Positions 17,516-19,376 of a stretch of 19,376 bases of DNA are shown in pieces. Position 1 is the first letter of the stretch, and each line of letters opens with the position of its first letter. The position numbers and the translations under genes are program-made. The notes under the pieces are model-generated. The model did no database searches, had not been told where the DNA came from, and worked only from the letters and a program-made list of their open reading frames with translations. Source of the stretch: Promethearchaeota archaeon Loki_b31 (GTDB taxonomy: Archaea > Asgardarchaeota > Lokiarchaeia > Sigyniarchaeales > SOKP01); the NCBI GenBank assembly GCA_005222975.1, contig NJBI01000058.1, positions 1 to 19,376 on the forward strand, in the 5' to 3' direction.

Positions 17516-19376
17516 TTATTTGGTACCAAGATATTTGCTTAAACTACTTAGTTTATTCTGAGGAATCTCGACCCCTGTCAGCTTTTTAAACTGTTTAAGA
17601 GCCTCAACTCCCCATCTGGAAGCATCCCAACTTTCTTTAATCTCTAATAAAATGATATTCTTCTCTCTACTAATTAGCCGTTTCTTTCTATCAGCCTCTA
17701 TTTGTCTGGGAAGTTTATGCCAATACGTACCCATTGCTTCAAAGGCTATGCCCATCCATTTATCGCCAAGACCTAAATAATCCTTCAAAGTCCTACTAAG
17801 GTCGAGATATCCATCAAATGCAAAAGCGTGGTGTACAAGAATATTTTCTTTAACACCGTCATCATTTATCGTAGAAACATATTTTTCTTTTACCACGGCT
17901 CTAACCTGCACCTCTGAAGCAAATTTTAGACCTAAAAAGTCCTCTATTTCTTTGTGAACTCTTCCCTGAAACTTAGTTGCGTGTTCCCTCGTCTTTTGAA
18001 ACTCTCTATATTTTGCCCTATAAGCATCGCGATATCGATCCAATACTTCCTTAGCATCTCGAAAGATTAGAGAACTCGAATCAGAAGGACTGTTCTTAAA
18101 GAGCCTATTAAAATAGTCGAGGAGTCTATTGAAATCATCCCCAAAGCCATATCCTTCAAAAAGATGATGCTTTAAGTCAGATACGCCAGCATCACTACTA
18201 AGAGTTTCGATATTCACAGACTCGCCGCTATTTGCCTCTGCGGCCGCAAAAAAGATAGCTCTAATGATTTCGTATTCAATAGTAAAAAAGTTTTTACCAA
18301 CTTCTAATTCTTTAGTTGTAGTTTTTGATACATATGTTGATTCATGATACCCGCCAAAAATATAGTAGTAAACGAGGTAAGACACGCTCTTCTTAAGAGT
18401 TTCTAAATTTTCACCCGTTATTTCTATACCCTTATCGCTAAACGCTTCTACTGTCAATTTATTAACTCTATAATCTATGGCTAAAAGTTCAGAAAGATCC
18501 ATACGCTTGAATATCTCCCGATTCTCAGTTGTCCATTTAAGCTTAGATACCCTTCCATATGTTGGAGTATCGCCAAATATAAACCACGACAGAAGATTGT
18601 CTGAAATTGGTAAACCAAACCTTTTTGGAAACATATAACGCAGATTTTCGATTAACCACGATTTAGGTGCCAATTCCTCAGAATCTTGTTGATACTTTAT
18701 ATGCGATATCGAAAACATACCTTGACCTGACTTACCTGAGACATGAAGCGAAAATTCTTTGTATTCCTTGATAAAATCTACTACTTTTCTGAAACTCGTT
18801 TCTTTCGCAGCGTCTTTTGTGATTGTACTATATTTTTGCACAATATGCAACCTCACTCGCTCCAGAATACCAACGCCAATGGCTCTATCTCTCTTAAGGT
18901 GACTGACCTTTCTAATATACTTATCTAACCGAAAATCAAAATGAGAAGAAAGTGGAATGCCAATGTCTAATATTTTATAACCGTATTCTTCTACTATAAT
19001 GTTTTTAAAATCTAACGCATATTTCACGCATAATGCTTCTAACTTTCTGTGATAGGATTGTTCATATTTTTTTATTTGTTTACTAGTCAATGGATTTAAA
19101 GAGTTCTCTGCTAAATTTCCTTGGTTTACACGACAATTATTTAAATATTTAATTTTCTCGTTTTTTTGTTCTTTCCTTAACTCTTTATATTTCTGCGAGA
19201 TGTGCTTAAAAAATTTGCTACGCACTCGATTAACAAAAAACCTGTTCAAAAGTTCCCACAAATGATTATAAAAATAATCTTTAAAAGCCCGAATATTTGC
19301 TAATAATTCTAATTGGATCGGACCTAAACCCTGTAGTCTTTCTGTTAAGGATTTTAATCTATTCTTTTCTATTTCA
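17516..19376 (-). CDS. Large protein (5'-truncated by window) with C-terminal Vsr/DUF559-like PD-(D/E)xK endonuclease domain
   Basis: The frame stays open upstream of the listed TTG (19261) to the window edge (EIEKNRLKSLTERLQGLGPIQLELLANIRAFKDYFYNHLWELL...). The C-terminus has FAFDGY...IAFEAMGTYWH...QIEADRKKRLISREKNIILLEI. Confidence 0.7.
   Translation of the reverse strand, partial: EIEKNRLKSLTERLQGLGPIQLELLANIRAFKDYFYNHLWELLNRFFVNRVRSKFFKHISQKYKELRKEQKNEKIKYLNNCRVNQGNLAENSLNPLTSKQIKKYEQSYHRKLEALCVKYALDFKNIIVEEYGYKILDIGIPLSSHFDFRLDKYIRKVSHLKRDRAIGVGILERVRLHIVQKYSTITKDAAKETSFRKVVDFIKEYKEFSLHVSGKSGQGMFSISHIKYQQDSEELAPKSWLIENLRYMFPKRFGLPISDNLLSWFIFGDTPTYGRVSKLKWTTENREIFKRMDLSELLAIDYRVNKLTVEAFSDKGIEITGENLETLKKSVSYLVYYYIFGGYHESTYVSKTTTKELEVGKNFFTIEYEIIRAIFFAAAEANSGESVNIETLSSDAGVSDLKHHLFEGYGFGDDFNRLLDYFNRLFKNSPSDSSSLIFRDAKEVLDRYRDAYRAKYREFQKTREHATKFQGRVHKEIEDFLGLKFASEVQVRAVVKEKYVSTINDDGVKENILVHHAFAFDGYLDLSRTLKDYLGLGDKWMGIAFEAMGTYWHKLPRQIEADRKKRLISREKNIILLEIKESWDASRWGVEALKQFKKLTGVEIPQNKLSSLSKYLGTK

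Noticed and set aside
452-18928. Short 61-71 aa ORFs in the track (452, 1897, 2162, 2662, 4829, 8403, 10708, 11914, 15526, 16279, 18743)
   Set aside because: All overlap well-supported longer genes, antisense or out of frame, and have no motifs; treated as shadow ORFs.
19259-19261. TTG start proposed by the ORF track for the last gene
   Set aside because: The frame continues without a stop to position 19376, so the true start is probably outside the window.

Overview
AT-rich, densely coding archaeal-type window, most likely from an Asgard archaeon of the Lokiarchaeia type. This is inferred from low GC, GGAG/GAGG/GGTGA ribosome-binding sites, TATA-like promoters, TrmB-like and double winged-helix regulators, and a peptide-fermentation gene set. 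Positions 307-12074 hold peptide, amino-acid and acyl-CoA catabolic genes: an ELFV-family amino-acid dehydrogenase, a PLP D-cysteine desulfhydrase-family enzyme, an acyl-CoA ligase broken by one in-frame TAA, PepD, an EamA transporter, a crotonase, a thioesterase, a 4-hydroxybutyryl-CoA dehydratase, an atypical M24 hydrolase and a nitroreductase. The right part is the most unusual and has three elements. (i) A two-gene membrane module: a single-pass surface protein with a juxtamembrane His-Phe-Ser (GPS/ZU5-like autoproteolysis) motif, followed by a single-pass transcription factor with an apparently paralogous ectodomain and two cytoplasmic winged-helix domains; a perfect 18-bp palindrome lies in their promoter. 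(ii) A divergent 751-aa TrmB-like protein with a ~520-aa hendecad-rich helical insert and a basic-aromatic tip at its midpoint. (iii) A 5'-truncated large protein ending in a Vsr/DUF559-like nuclease, followed by a small ORF. No rRNA, tRNA, CRISPR array or transposase was seen.
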